Source: Macrostomum lignano
Taxonomy: Eukaryota
Assembly: GCA_002269645.1 (NCBI GenBank)
Contig: NIVC01000019.1
Span: forward strand, 1,302,001-1,366,000
Direction of reading: 5' to 3'
Length of the DNA: 64,000 bases
This document shows, piece by piece, positions 1 through 33,600 of this stretch. Below the pieces are notes generated by a model. That model had not been told where the DNA came from, searched no databases, and saw only the letters and a list, made by a program, of their open reading frames with translations. Positions within the stretch are counted from its first letter, which is position 1. The number at the start of each line of letters is the position of its first letter. The position numbers were made by a program, and so were the translations under genes.

Positions 1-100
1 GCCAAGGTAGGTTAGCCTATCCTTATTATAAACAAAACATCCATGAATGAAATAAGTTAGATTCTTAACAATAGAGGCAAAGTGGGCATTCTTCACTATT

Positions 101-385
101 AATTGATTACACCTGCCCTAATAGGCAGATGTGCAACTGATAGCTCAGCTGCAGCTATTGTGTGTGCAGTTGAAGACTGCATTCAGCTGTTTAGTCCATG
201 GACTAAGGGGTTGCCACATACCCTCAGTAACCCTAGCTAATGCTAGGGTTACCCATTTTATAGCTGGGTGAACTGAAGCAATGCAGAGTTGTGTCTTCCT
301 CAAGGACACAAATTGTTCTGAGTGGGTCAAGAATTGAATTCCCACCTTCAAGTTGTGAGTCAAATGCTCCAACCACTAGGCTACA
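101..385 (-). mobile_element. tRNA-derived CORE-like SINE, family 1 (diverged copy)
   Basis: Aligns by eye with the copies at 31966, 44102 and 46400 (shared GCTGGGTGAACTGAAGCAATGCAGAG); A-box TAGCCTAGTGG at ~372-383 on the minus strand. Confidence 0.75.
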
Positions 386-622
386 ATCCCCTATGTGCTA
401 GGCTACAACCCCCAGGCTGCAATCCTCCACTAGGCTACAACCCCCACTAGGCTACAACCCCCACTAGGCTACAACCCCCACTAGGCTGCAATCCCCCACT
501 AGGCTGCAATCCCCCACTAGGCTACAACCCCCACTAGGCTACAACCCCCACTAGGCTACAACCCCTACTAGGCTACAACCCCCACTAGGCTACAACCCCC
601 CACTAGGCTACAACCCCCCACT
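372..622. repeat. 17-19 bp minisatellite (CCACTAGGCTACAACCC)n derived from the SINE head
   Basis: About 13 tandem units directly continuing the SINE 5' end. Confidence 0.85.
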
Positions 623-669
623 ATGGATTTCTAGAGTTGCAGTAAAAGCCATTTGCATTTTTCCCATAG

Positions 670-11374
<10,705 letters not shown>

Positions 11375-13537
11375 CTGGTTCAACAGAACCCGGCCCGCGC
11401 GAAAGGCCGTCCTGTGTGCAATATTCAATTGTTGATCTCTGCGTTAATTTTTGTCGTTGAACTGTCAGTATTGACCCGGCTGTTGTGTTCTAGTATATAA
11501 TGAATAGCTTTATTGTTAATTACTTATTATTACTAATTAGATCTGTTTGAACTGCGCTACTGTCTTTAATGTTTGTTTCTGAGTTTGTAAATGTACACAA
11601 ATTTTATGCGCACATTCGCGATTGGATTAAAAATGTTGAAGATTCTTTTAAATGGAAATTTAATTTTGTTTAACCCAATGCAGGGCTTGTGCAGTTGCCT
11701 GTTTCATTTGCAATTTTAAAATTCTCCGAACTTGTTGAACATGCAAACGTACTGCAGGTTTCTTACTATTGGCATCTGTGTTTTTCAGATTTATATATTT
11801 ATATGTTTACCTGTCAGTTCTGTGTTCGTTTCGCGTATTAACAAATAGATTGCTGTTGTTTTTTTAACTGTTGCTTGCAGCTTGGCGGCGGATAAATTTC
11901 CTGAATTCACGACTCGTAAAATCACAATATTTCTATTTAGTTTTTATCTTGTCACGTAATGTGTAGTCGCAGTCGGAGTATGCTACTGTCAGTAGCCAGT
12001 AGCGGAAAATGTCTGATTTCAGCTCGTTTAATGATTATATACGATTAATGAATTTACGTACTTCGAGTACTAAGCAAAACACTTGACAATGACGTCATCA
12101 TGGCAATGAGAAAATCCTATTCTTCATGCGCGAAAAATACGAAGCAAATATTATAATTAATTAATAAGCTTTTACGAGCATTGGTATCAATATAAGAACC
12201 GCAGACTAAGTGGAGATGTACATTCACAAAATTAACGATTGGAGTACATACATGTACATAGTTGAAAATGTATTGCCAGCAACAAACCTGACTGAGACAA
12301 ATTACATAGCATCTACGGAAAAGTGTTGGATTCAAAATGAATACGATTTGTTATTATGAACTCCTGTGTAAAGAGTTGTTATAACTTTTCCTTCTGAATC
12401 ACTTCTTATGCACATTCAATGTACATTCAATCGGTTCTAGGCGTGCGGATTGGGAAAGGCAAACTTTTGTTTTCCTACCCCCTATCTTTAGCGGCTTCGC
12501 GCACTGTACATTAAATGTACATTTGTGTTTATTCAAGCTGTAGTCTGTGCGCTCGCGAGCCTCCCTCGTGATTATTCTATCGTTCTAGGGGTGAGGGGCT
12601 ACCCCTAACACTGCGCCGTTGGATCTCCAGCGCGCAATGTACATGTACAGTGTGAATGTACGCACACTGCTGACCTAAGTAAGCCAATCTTTTGCGCTCT
12701 ATTATATACACTTGCATTGAGGGCAGCAATAGAAAGCGTATGATAATTCAGTACGTAAGTGTCGAGTGCTGCGAATGTCAATGTGGCAGAAATTAGAGCG
12801 GGCAAATAAAGCTTTACCGGTAGAAGCCACAGATCCCAGAATAACTAGATGGGCCACTCAACACATTTGCGTGTAAGCTACTGTCAGTTCAGTAGTAAGT
12901 TAAACTGAAGCATTTTAATGTATTTTTAAAGCCGAGGCTCATTTTATGGGCTCTTACCCCAGCTTAAACCCTCCTACCATGTTTTCCACACTACCCCCCC
13001 CCCCCCCCCCTAATTTTTATTGCCTTTCTCGGAATTCCCACCCTAAAGCTGCCATGTACATATCATGCAGTGGACTAGCTAATCGCTAATGTACATTACT
13101 GCTGAACCAATTAGCAAAGTTGTTTACGCCTGCAAGCTTGGGCTTCTGAACTTATCAAAGTAATTTCAGCCGCCTTTATTTTTAAAAAATAGCTTGTGTA
13201 TTCTTCTTTGCTATTGAACTGAAAGTAGAAAGCTGTTTTTACTAATATGCTTGAGTGGCCCATCTATTGTTTTAGAATCCGGTAGAAGCCAAAACTGGTA
13301 GCAATCGGTATAATGCTTCTTCTAAAAGAGTAGAAAATTGCCTGTAAACAGTGGGTCAAGCCATAATTCTGAACTCGCGCATAAGTTTATCCTGTTTCCT
13401 CATCAAAGTTTTGGTAAAGACTGCAGTTACCAGCTCAATATTGTTCAAGCCAATTGATTCACTGGGATAGCGGGGCTGGCAATGAAGGGTTTGAGCTCTT
13501 GGAAAGAAAAGACGGATTCCATTTGATTGCAGCTGGT

Positions 13538-23357
<9,820 letters not shown>

Positions 23358-24491
23358 TGCGGCGAAGAGTCGTCCAACGGGTCTTGCAGCCTTATATTAG
23401 ATAGAATAACTGTATTATTTTGCGCCGGAGTTCCAGGCTCCACTGTCCAGCCTTTAAACTGGCTGAAGCCTAGCTCAGTGTGTGCGGGCGCGTGGCCAAT
23501 GAAAACTTGAAGGGCGCTCTGTCTGTCTCACTCTGTTTCTCGTCGAGGCGAACGAAGTGCAGCGAGTTGACGAAGACAGAAACCTTCTTGTGCGTTGAAT
23601 AGAAATCGAAAACAGTAAAAAAGTATATTATCCTACTGCTTGGTATGTTCTGGAAAATTAGATCGCTCTCGTGCCCGACGATTTGGGGTGCGGGCTGCAG
23701 AGGGATCACATGCTATTTTGGTTGGTTGGATAGAGGGAGCGTACTTTATACTCTCCCTCCACTCTCTCTCTCTCTCTCTCCCATCTCTCACCCTCAAGCT
23801 GGCGACAAACCCAAACCAAGCCCTGTGTTGAAAAAGCCTTCACTGTGTCGACCGGGCCATTCAGAATAGAGACAGGCTAAGGGAAGGCGGACGCGACCTG
23901 CAGACTGAGGGGCGGTGGGCTGGGAGCCGTGGGAAAGGATTGGAGCAAAAAAAGGGGAAGCTTCTTCCCTAGCTTGGGACACAGAGCAGACAGGAGCCAA
24001 TGCGAATCTGTCAAATAAGACGAATGAATGTACTTTCCGCTTGTGAAGGGACTTCAGCATGGAGGGGAGAGGAAGGCTTGTGGAAAGCAATGTACATTGA
24101 GGCGCGCTGCTTTTTCCTTCGGCCGCCAGCCGCCCGGCGTAGCCAGCCCGTCACTCTCTCGCCGTCTGCCTACTGGGCAGCTCTTTGCTCTTCCAACTTA
24201 ATTTGCTTTGCTTGCGCAGTCCGCATTCAACTCTCTCCGGGGTTATTCAAGTTACAAGCATTCAAGCTTAATGTTGAATGCACTCGCTCTTGCCCAGCGG
24301 TCTGCGAAAGCAGAAATTATAATCGCGGGGCAACGAACCCCCCACCCCCCCTAGAAGAGGACTTGTTGAAACACGTGTTGTTTAGTTTGCAACAATCTTA
24401 ATTATAAGTTGTTGCCACGAATACTTGCTGGTTTTAATATGTGCCTACCTATTTATTGTGGTCATGTAAGAATAAATACACGGTTGGCTGA

Positions 24492-25853
24492 GTGTGCCAA
24501 GCCTCTTCCTAATGGGAGTGAACTGCAGGTGTCTCCAGTGTGCCAAGCCTCTTCCTAATGGGAGTGAACTGCAGGTGTCTCCAGTGTGCCAAGCCTCTTC
24601 CTAATGGGAGTGAACTGCAGGTGTCTCCAGTGTGCCAAGCCTCTTCCTAATGGGAGTGAACTGCAGGTGTCTCCAGTGTGCCAAGCCTCTTCCTAATGGG
24701 AGTGAACTGCAGGTGTCTCCAGTGTGCCAAGCCTCTTCCTAATGGGAGTGAACTGCAGGTGTCTCCAGTGTGCCAAGCCTCTTCCTAATGGGAGTGAACT
24801 GCAGGTGTCTCCAGTGTGCCAGGCCTCTTCCTAATGAGAGTGAACTACAGGTGTCTCCAGTGTGCCAAGCCTCTTCCTAATGAGAGTGAACTGCAGGTGT
24901 CTCCAGTGTGCCAGACCTCTTCCTAATGAGAGTGAACTACAGGTGTTTCCAGTGTGCCAAGCCTCTTCCTAATGAGAGTGAACTGCAGGTGTCTCCAGTG
25001 TGCCAAGCCTCTTCCTAATGAGAGTGAACTGCAGGTGTCTCCAGTGTGCCAAGCCTCTTCCTAATGGGAGTGAACTGCAGGTGTTTCCAGTGTGCCAAGC
25101 CTCTTCCTAATGAGAGTGAACTGCAGGTGTCTCCAGTGTGCCAAGCCTCTTCCTAATGGGAGTGAACTGCAGGTGTCTCCACTGTGCCAGACCTCTTCCT
25201 AATGGGAGTGAACTGCAGGTGTCTCCAGTGTGCCAAGCCTCTTCCTAATGGGAGTGAACTGCAGGTGTCTCCAGTGTGCCAAGCCTCTTCCTAATGGGAG
25301 TGAACTGCAGGTGTCTCCAGTGTGCCAAGCCTCTTCCTAATGGGAGTGAACTGCAGGTGTTTCCAGTGTGCCAAGCCTCTTCCTAATGAGAGTGAACTGC
25401 AGGTGTCTCCAGTGTGCCAAGCCTCTTCCTAATGGGAGTGAACTGCAGGTGTCTCCAGTGTGCCAGACCTCTTCCTAATGAGAGTGAACTGCAGGTGTTT
25501 CCAGTGTGCCAAGCCTCTTCCTAATGAGAGTGAACTGCAGGTGTCTCCAGTGTGCCAGACCTCTTCCTAATGAGAGTGAACTGCAGGTGTCTCCAGTGTG
25601 CCAAGCCTCTTCCTAATGGGAGTGAACTGCAGGTGTCTCCAGTGTGCCAAGTCATTTCCTATGGGAGTGAACTGCAGGTGTCTCCAGTGTGCCAAGCCTC
25701 TTCCTAATGGGAATGAACTGCAGGTGTCTCCACTGTGCCAGACCTCTTCCTAGTGGGAGTGAACTGCAGGTGTCCCCAGTGTGCCAAGTCATTTCCTATG
25801 GGAGGGAACTGCAGGTGTCTCCAGTGTGCCAAGCTTCTTTCTAATGGGAGGGA
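24492..25853 (+). repeat. 46-bp tandem array, left arm of an inverted structure
   Basis: (GTGTGCCAAGCCTCTTCCTAATGGGAGTGAACTGCAGGTGTCTCCA)n, about 29 units. Confidence 0.96.
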
Positions 25854-26589
25854 ATTGATTTCTACAGTTGTGTTAAGCCACAATTAATTGCACTGATTAT
25901 TCGGGATGTAATGTTACGTCAGCACGGCAAGTCGAGTTCAGGACCTCAATGGATTTCTCAACAGGCCCCAAGCTATTTTATAAGCTTAAGTTCGGATCCT
26001 GGCCTAAAGCAGCAGTCTGGTCACATCAGCAAGTTAATAAGCTGCTATTTTTGTTGTTAAAAGTAGAACAGCGGCTTGCAGACACAGGTAGCTCTGCTGT
26101 TGCTGCACAAGCAGCAAGAGTGAGGGGGATAGAGAGGCCCAGCCAATGCCTTTCATTGCCGCCGCTGACCCAAATCAATGTCAGCCACAATGTTTATTTG
26201 GCCTTTTCCCCCACTTTCTGTGTGGCCTGGCCTGGCCGCTAATCTGCAAAGAAAATGCGCAGCAGATTTCTGCGACCAGAAGAATCTGCGTGCACAGGGG
26301 GGAGGGGTTTACCAACAAACTCGGTGCAGACAGACTGACTGACTTTTTCACATTTAAAAGCATTTCGTGTCTTTCAAAGCGATTTTCTTCAGACGGCAAA
26401 AGATCAGAAAATAATGATGAGAACAGATCGGGATCTGCTGGGTTCCAGGGGGCAGACTGCAGTGCAGGTCTGAGATTTCCGTCTGCACAGCTTCTGTTCC
26501 GTGCGAATTTTGGCTGCAGTTCGTTTTCTAAACATATAGCGATGAAACCCGACCCGCAGGGTATCCACTCTTGGCGCTCTGGGGACTGA

Positions 26590-26800
26590 CTGGAGACACC
26601 TGCAGTTCACTCCCATTGGAAATGAGTTGGCACACTGGAGACACCTGCAGTCACTCCCATTAGGAAGAGGTCTGGCACACTGGAGACACCTGCAGTCACT
26701 CCCATTAGGAAGAGGCTAGGCACACTGAAGACACCTGCAGTTCACTCCCACTAGGAAGAGGCTTGGCACACTGGAGAACCTGCAGTTCACTCTCATTAGA
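26590..26800 (-). repeat. 46-bp tandem array in reverse orientation, right arm of the inverted structure
   Basis: TGGAGACACCTGCAGTTCACTCCCATTAGGAAGAGG-type units are the reverse complement of the 24492-25853 unit; about 4.5 units. Confidence 0.93.
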
Positions 26801-27607
26801 CAGGGAACCCATTAGGCAGTGGGAAACAGCCCAGAGGTGCGCATAAATCGCAACTAAAATTCAGTCTGAAACGCGGGGTGACCCAGGAAAAACCCTCAGC
26901 AATCTTACGAGTAGATATCAAAATAAAATCCTGTTTAAAAATGCCATTTTCCGGAAGCATAAAATTTTACTCCCTCGATGCTGACATTTGCGATGGAGTG
27001 CGGCGCGTGACTCAGCAGTGTTCAGTCTACGCGAACACCTGCATAGGTAAATTTTATACCATTACTACAGAGTTTATGCATGCAATTAATCTGCTGTAAC
27101 CACATGTGGTCAGACACATCTGCGGCTGTCGCTTGTATCCGAGAAAGCAGAAACCTCCGCTGTCGTGTGGAGCGAGCAAAACGAACACTCGCAGGCCTAT
27201 CGATGCCTTGTCCAGATTCGGGCCCGAAAAACTGTGAAACAACACCGGAAATGACGGATCGAACAGGGGGCGGAGAGAACACACATGCAGCTGATGCTAG
27301 CAAAAGCATTTCCTGCCCACTCCTGCATTGACGCTGACGGCTGCGCCACGCTCTGCTTTCGTGTTGCCCCCAGCCAGTCAGTCTGGGTCTAAACCAGCGC
27401 TATTTCACAAAATTACTCACAATTTTCAACGCATTTCGATGACATTTTTAATGCATCTCGTAATTTTTTAATGTCATGTCCGCTTGATGCTACTCATAAA
27501 TTTTCTAAGTAGTGCAATTTGGGCACGAATTAAGCAGGAATGATTGGCTGTAAAATAGAAGATAAAAAACGGACGAAATTTCGCGGCAACAGCCAGCGAT
27601 CTGCTCA

Positions 27608-30600
27608 ATGGACTCGCGCTCCTCGTCTCGAATTCCCGGTTGCGCCAGTAGAGCCGGAAATTCCAGCGGCTCCGTGACTCGACAGCGGCAGACGCTGGTC
27701 ACCGCCCCCGGATTCGGCGTGGTTGGAGACGCCTGCGGCGTGCGCTCGTCGGCCGATGGTGCCGCCGCCTCAGTCGTGGCCATCTCGGAGGGCGAGGCGG
27801 CTCTGTATAAATTCACCGGCTGCTGCGAGCAGCGCTGCGCTGGCGAGACAATCCGGATGGTGGTGAACCCACTGGACAAGGCCACCAAGACGGCGACGCC
27901 GGCTGGCGATCTGGTCGACTACCTGCTGGTGGCCCTGCTATGCAGGGGCGATTTTTTCTGCCTGCGACAGCAGGGGATCCAAGTTGCTGCTGGAGTCCGG
28001 CGTGCTGGGTGAGTGACTTCCGGAGCCTGTCAGGTTTGGGTTCCGGAACCTGTCAGGTTTGGGTTCCGGAGCCTGTCATGTTTGAGTTCCGGAGCCTGTC
28101 AAGTTTGGGTTCCGGAGCCTGTCATGTTTGAGTTCCGGAGCCTGTTAGGTTTGGGTTCCGGAGCCTGTCATGTTTGGGTTCCGGAGCCTGTCAGACTGGG
28201 TTCCGGAGCCTGTCAGGTTTGGGTTCCGGAGCCTGTCAGGTTTGGGTTCCGGAGCCTGTCAGACTGGGTTCCGGAGCCTGTCAGGTTTGGGTTCCGGAGC
28301 CTGTCAGGTTTGGGTTCCGGAGCCTGTCAGGTTTGGGTTCCGGAGCCTGTCAGGTTTGGGTTCCGGAGCCTGTCAGGTTAGGGTTCCGGAGCCTGTCAGG
28401 TTTGAGTTCCGGAGCCTGTCAGGTTTGGGTTCCAGAGCCTGTCAGGTTTGGGTTCCGGAGCCTGTCAGGTTTGGGTTCCGGAGCCTGTCAGGTTTGGGTT
28501 CCGGAGCCTGTCAGGTTTGGGTTCCGGAGCATGTCATGTTTGGGTTCCGGAGCCTGTCAGGTTTGGTTCCGGAGCCTGTCATGTTTGGATTCCGGAGCCT
28601 GTCATGTTTGGGTTCCGGAGCCTGTCAGGTTTGGGTTCCGGAGCCTGTCAGGTTTGGGTTCCGGAGCCTGTCATGTTTGGGTTCCGGAGCCTGTCAGGTT
28701 TGTGTTCCGGAGCCTGTCAGGTTTGGTTCCGGAGCCTGTCATGTTTGGGTTTCGGAGCCTGTCAGGTTAGGGTTTCGGAGCCTGTCAGGTTAGGGTTCCG
28801 GAGCCTGTCAGGTTAGGGTTTCGGAGCCTGTCAGGTTTGGGTTCCGCAGCCTGTCAGGTTGGGTTCCGGAGCAACTGTCAGCCTGTCAGGTCCACCGGTA
28901 GCCAGTTAAAGTACGTCGTATTAGCATCGTCAGCTCGAACACACAGCTGCAGCCCGAATGGGTCGTATGCAAGAGGCTCCGGCACTCTCGAACAGTTGAG
29001 CAGGCGTGAATGATTCAGCAGATTTTGAGACCACTTTCCATTCCAACGATCGAGGCTCACAGCTCATACGAGTTGCAGGCGCACTGAAGAGGCCACGTGC
29101 TTTCCAATGCTTGTCCTGCCTTTCTTTCCTATGGGGTAGGGTGTTATACGCCTAATTAATAATTAATTAGCACAGCTGCGGGTTAGAAACTGGGCGGAAG
29201 AGCTCAGCTCAGGAACTTATTTATAATCCGCTCTTTGTCTTAATGGATGTTCAGCATAGCTAAACATTTTTGCTCGATGCGCTCACGCTGCAGAGCAGTT
29301 TGCTAATTGGAGTTTCACAATTGGGTCGGGTTGCAGCATTGCTGGACATTATTGGAGAACTAGGGTACATTCCTTCTTTAATTCTAAAGCTATCCTTCTC
29401 TCCCTCTCTCCCCCTCTCTCCCTCTCTCCCCCTCTCTCCCTCTCTCCCCCTCTCTCCCCTCTCTCCCTGTCTCTCCCTCTCTCCCTCCCTCTCCCTCTCT
29501 CCCCGTCTCTCCCTCTCCTCTTCCTGTCTCTCTCTCCCTCTCTCCCTCTCTCCTTCTCTCTCTCTCCGTCTCTCCCTCTCTCCCTCTCTCTCCCTCTCTC
29601 TCCCTCTCTCCCTCTCTCTCCGTCTATCTCTCTCTCCCGTCTCTCCCTTTCTTTCCCTCTTTCCCTGTCTCTCCCTCTCTCCCTGTCTCTCTCTTTCTTC
29701 CTCCCTCTCCCTCTCTCTCCCTCTCTCCCCCTCTCTCCCCCTCTCTCCCGGTCTCTCCCTCTCTCCCTCCCTCTCTCCCCGTCTCTCCCTCTCCTCTTCC
29801 TGTCTCTCTCTCCCTCTCTCCCTCTCTCCTTCTCTCTCTCTCCGTCTCTCCCTCTCTCCTTCTCTCTCCCTCTCTCTCCCTCTCTCCCTCTCTCTCCCTC
29901 TCTCCCTCTCTCTCTCCGTCTATCTCTCTCTCCCGTCTCTCCCTTTCTTTCCCTCTTTCCCTGTCTCTCCCTCTCTCCCCCTCTCTCCCCCTCTCTCCCT
30001 GTCTCTCTCTTTCTTCCTCCCTCTCTCTCTCTCCCTCTCTCCCTCACTCTCTCCCTCTCTCCCTCACTCTCTCCCTCTCTCTTCCTCTCTCCCTCTCTTT
30101 CTCCCTCTCTCCCTCTCTCTTCCTCTCTCTCTCCCGTCTCTCCCTCTCTCTACCGCCCCTCTTTCTTTCTCTCCCTAATGCTCCCTCTCTCTCACCATCT
30201 CTCTCTCCCTCCCCCTCTCTCCACTCTTCCCCTTTAACTTTCTTCCTTTCTCTCCCTCTCTCTCTCTCACTTTTACCCTCTCTTATCTCCCCCTCCCTCT
30301 CTCTTCCTCTCTTTTTCTGTCCTTCTTATTCACCTGTCTACCCATGTATTCAACATTCAACACCACTTTTAACATCACTTCCATCGTGTGGTCTCTGAAC
30401 TTCGCAGTTTCTACTTTTTACAGTTCTCTTGACTCCACTACAGAATGAAACCCCTTCAGTCACGCACTTTTTATTGACAAACAACTCCCCTCCTCACTTG
30501 AACTCAACTTAACTCAACAGCTGATGCCATTTGGCCGTGATTGAAGCCACTGGTTATTAAAGCTGATCGAGTGGGCGAGAATTGCAGAGAAAACGGATTT

Positions 30601-33600
30601 TCTGGGAGGAAGTTTTGTCACGCCAGCAGCGGAAGAGCCGCCTCTAGGACTTAGGTTGAGTTCGACTGCTCGAATCAAGAGTACTTTAAACGGTCTACTG
30701 AGGCAATGTGAGGCACAGGGACCACTAGGAGCTACCGTTACCGAAGGTCGTAGCTTCTAGTGGTCTTTGGTGAGGCATTGTACGAGGGGCGTTGCTTTAG
30801 TTGGGTAGAGCAAGATTAGTCATAAGCTTCCAAAAGATCAGCGTCCGATAGATCAAAACAGATTCACTAGATCAGGGTCCGATGGATCTGAATAGATTCA
30901 GTAGATCAGGGTCCGATAGATCAAAACAGATTCACTAGATCAGGGTCCGATGGATCTGAATAGATTCAGTAGACAAGGATCCGATAGATCTGAATAGATT
31001 CAATAGATCAGGATCCAATAGATTAGAATAGATTCAATAGATCAGGATCCAATAGATCAACTAGATTCAATAGATCAGGATCCGATAGATCAACTAGATT
31101 CAATAGATCAGGATCCGATAGATCAACTAGATTCAATAGATCAGGACCCGATAGATCTGAATAGATTCAATAGATCAGGATCCGATAGATAAACTAGATT
31201 CAATAGATCAGGATCCGATAGATCAACTAGATTCAATAGATCAGGATCAGATGGATCAACTAGATTCAATAGATCAGGATCCGATAGATCAACTAGATTC
31301 AATAGATCAGTATCCGATAGATAAACTAGATTCAATAGATCAGGATCCGATAGATAAACTAGATTCAATAGATCAGGATCAGATAGATCAAACTAGATTC
31401 AATAGATCAGGACCCGATAGATCTGAATAGATTCAATAGATCAGGATCCAATAGATCAGAATAGATTCAACAGATCTAAACAGATCTAAACAGACAGATC
31501 CAAAGTGATCTAATAGACCATGCTTTGATAAACTCCGGCACAGACTGATGAGGCCGGGGATTCTGCAGGCGCACTCTTCAATGGCTATCGATAGCATTGC
31601 CAACAAATATCTTTGTTTTCAAGAGCAATCTGACATTTGGACTCAAGCTCAAGCCTAATCAATCACGGCTCATCTCCCATCTGTCTCGCTCCATCACTCC
31701 GCAGTTCGTCCGTTTCAAATCCGCGGATTTCGGCTTTACCTTGTCCGAGTCTTCAAAACACTTCGAGGCCTATCGAGAGCTGACGAATTTGAGAGAGGAA
31801 AACAGAACTGAGATTAAAATGGGGGTGGGGCTTCAAGGAAGCCTCACTGTGGCTTCCCTGAGGGCAGGGCGTTGTTCGGTCTGCGTGTTGAGATGAATCT
31901 TCTTTTTGAGTTGGAGCAGCAGGTCGATTTTTTAGACTAAAGTTTTGTTAATCTGCTCACATATTTAGTAGTGGTTAGAGCGTTAGACTCATGGCTGAAA
32001 GGTCGGGGGTTCGATTCTTGACCCACTCGAAACAATTTTGTGCCTTTTGAGCAAGACACTTAAACTCTGCATTGCTTCAGTTCACCCAGCTGTAAAATGG
32101 GTGCCAGCATTAGCTGGGGTAATTGAGGGTGTGTGGCGACCCCCCAGTCCTTGGACTGAACAGCCGTACGCAGCCTTCAGCCGCTTGCACATTTACCCAT
32201 TAGGGCAGGTGTAATAAAAAATCACCCATTTCTAACCGCCCGCACCGCAGAGACATTTTCATACCGAAATTTCGGGAGCTCCGAGACCTTCGCCGGCGGA
32301 TTCTGGACTCGCCGGCTGGCGATGAAGAAGCGGACGAAAGTTTCAACATTTACGAAATACTCAGAGGTGAGAATCAATAAATCATTTTTCGAACAAGCCA
32401 GGCTACTGCAAGCTAGCAAACAAATCCAAAATTAAGTTTAACACACCAACCCGACTTTCAGATCCCGTTCGTTGTCTAAGCCTGCTTCTATTGCGACTTC
32501 AAAAGCTTTGCAGAGCTGAGTCTCGGAGAAACCCTAACCCTAACCCTAACCCTAACCCTAACCTCGGATTTAACTGCGGCAGCGCAGTATATAGAATCAT
32601 TCGCTTAGACAGAATCGGCGACCCCAGCTGGTCAAGCGAGCAGTCAGTGAACTCTCAGCGGCTGCTCAGCTGGACTCTGTCACGCGCCCAACAACAAGGC
32701 GATGCCTCATCCGATGTCGACTTCTTGGCGCCAGAAAATTTGATTCTGGCGGCTGCGACAATTTCTTTCAACGTTCAGCCGGATTTGGTGATTCGACTGC
32801 CGGCGCAGCGGGGCTACTTTTTGGGGGAGGAGAGATCGGTGAGGGAGAGAATATGATGGACAGTTCTATAGATCATATAGACAGTTGCATAGATCATATA
32901 GACAGTTGCATAGATCATATAGACAGTTGCATAGATCATATAGACAGTTGCATAGATCATATAGACAGTTGCATAGATCATATAGACAGTTGCATAGATC
33001 ATATAGACAGTTGCATAGATCATATAGACAGTTGCATGGATCATATAGACAGTTGCATAGATCATATAGACAGTTGCATAGATCATATAGACAGTTGCAT
33101 AGATCATATAGACAGTTGCATGGATCATATAGACAGTTGCATAGATCATATAGACAGTTGCATAGATCATATAGACAGTTGCATAGATCATATAGACAGT
33201 TGCATGGATCATATAGACAGTTGCATAGATCATATAGACAGTTGCATGGATCATATAGACAGTTGCATAGATCATATAGACAGTTGCATAGATCATATAG
33301 ACAGTTGCATGGATCATATAGACAGTTGCATGGATCATATAGACAGTTGCATAGATCATATAGACAGTTGCATAGATCATATAGACAGTTGCATAGATCA
33401 TATAGACAGTTGCATAGATCATATAGACAGTTGCATAGATCATATAGACAGTTGCATGGATCATATAGACAGTTGCATAGATCATATAGACAGTTGCATA
33501 GATCATATAGACAGTTGCATGGATCATATAGACAGTTGCATAGATCATATAGACAGTTGCATAGATCATATAGACAGTTGCATAGATCATATAGACAGTT

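Noticed and set aside
24492-25853. CRISPR-like appearance of regular 21-46 bp repeats, here and elsewhere
   Set aside because: Units are head-to-tail with no unique spacers, there are no cas genes, and the context is eukaryotic.
27505-27888. 127-aa minus-strand ORF
   Set aside because: It is the antisense shadow of the + exon, which has GC3 bias and a GTGAGT donor.
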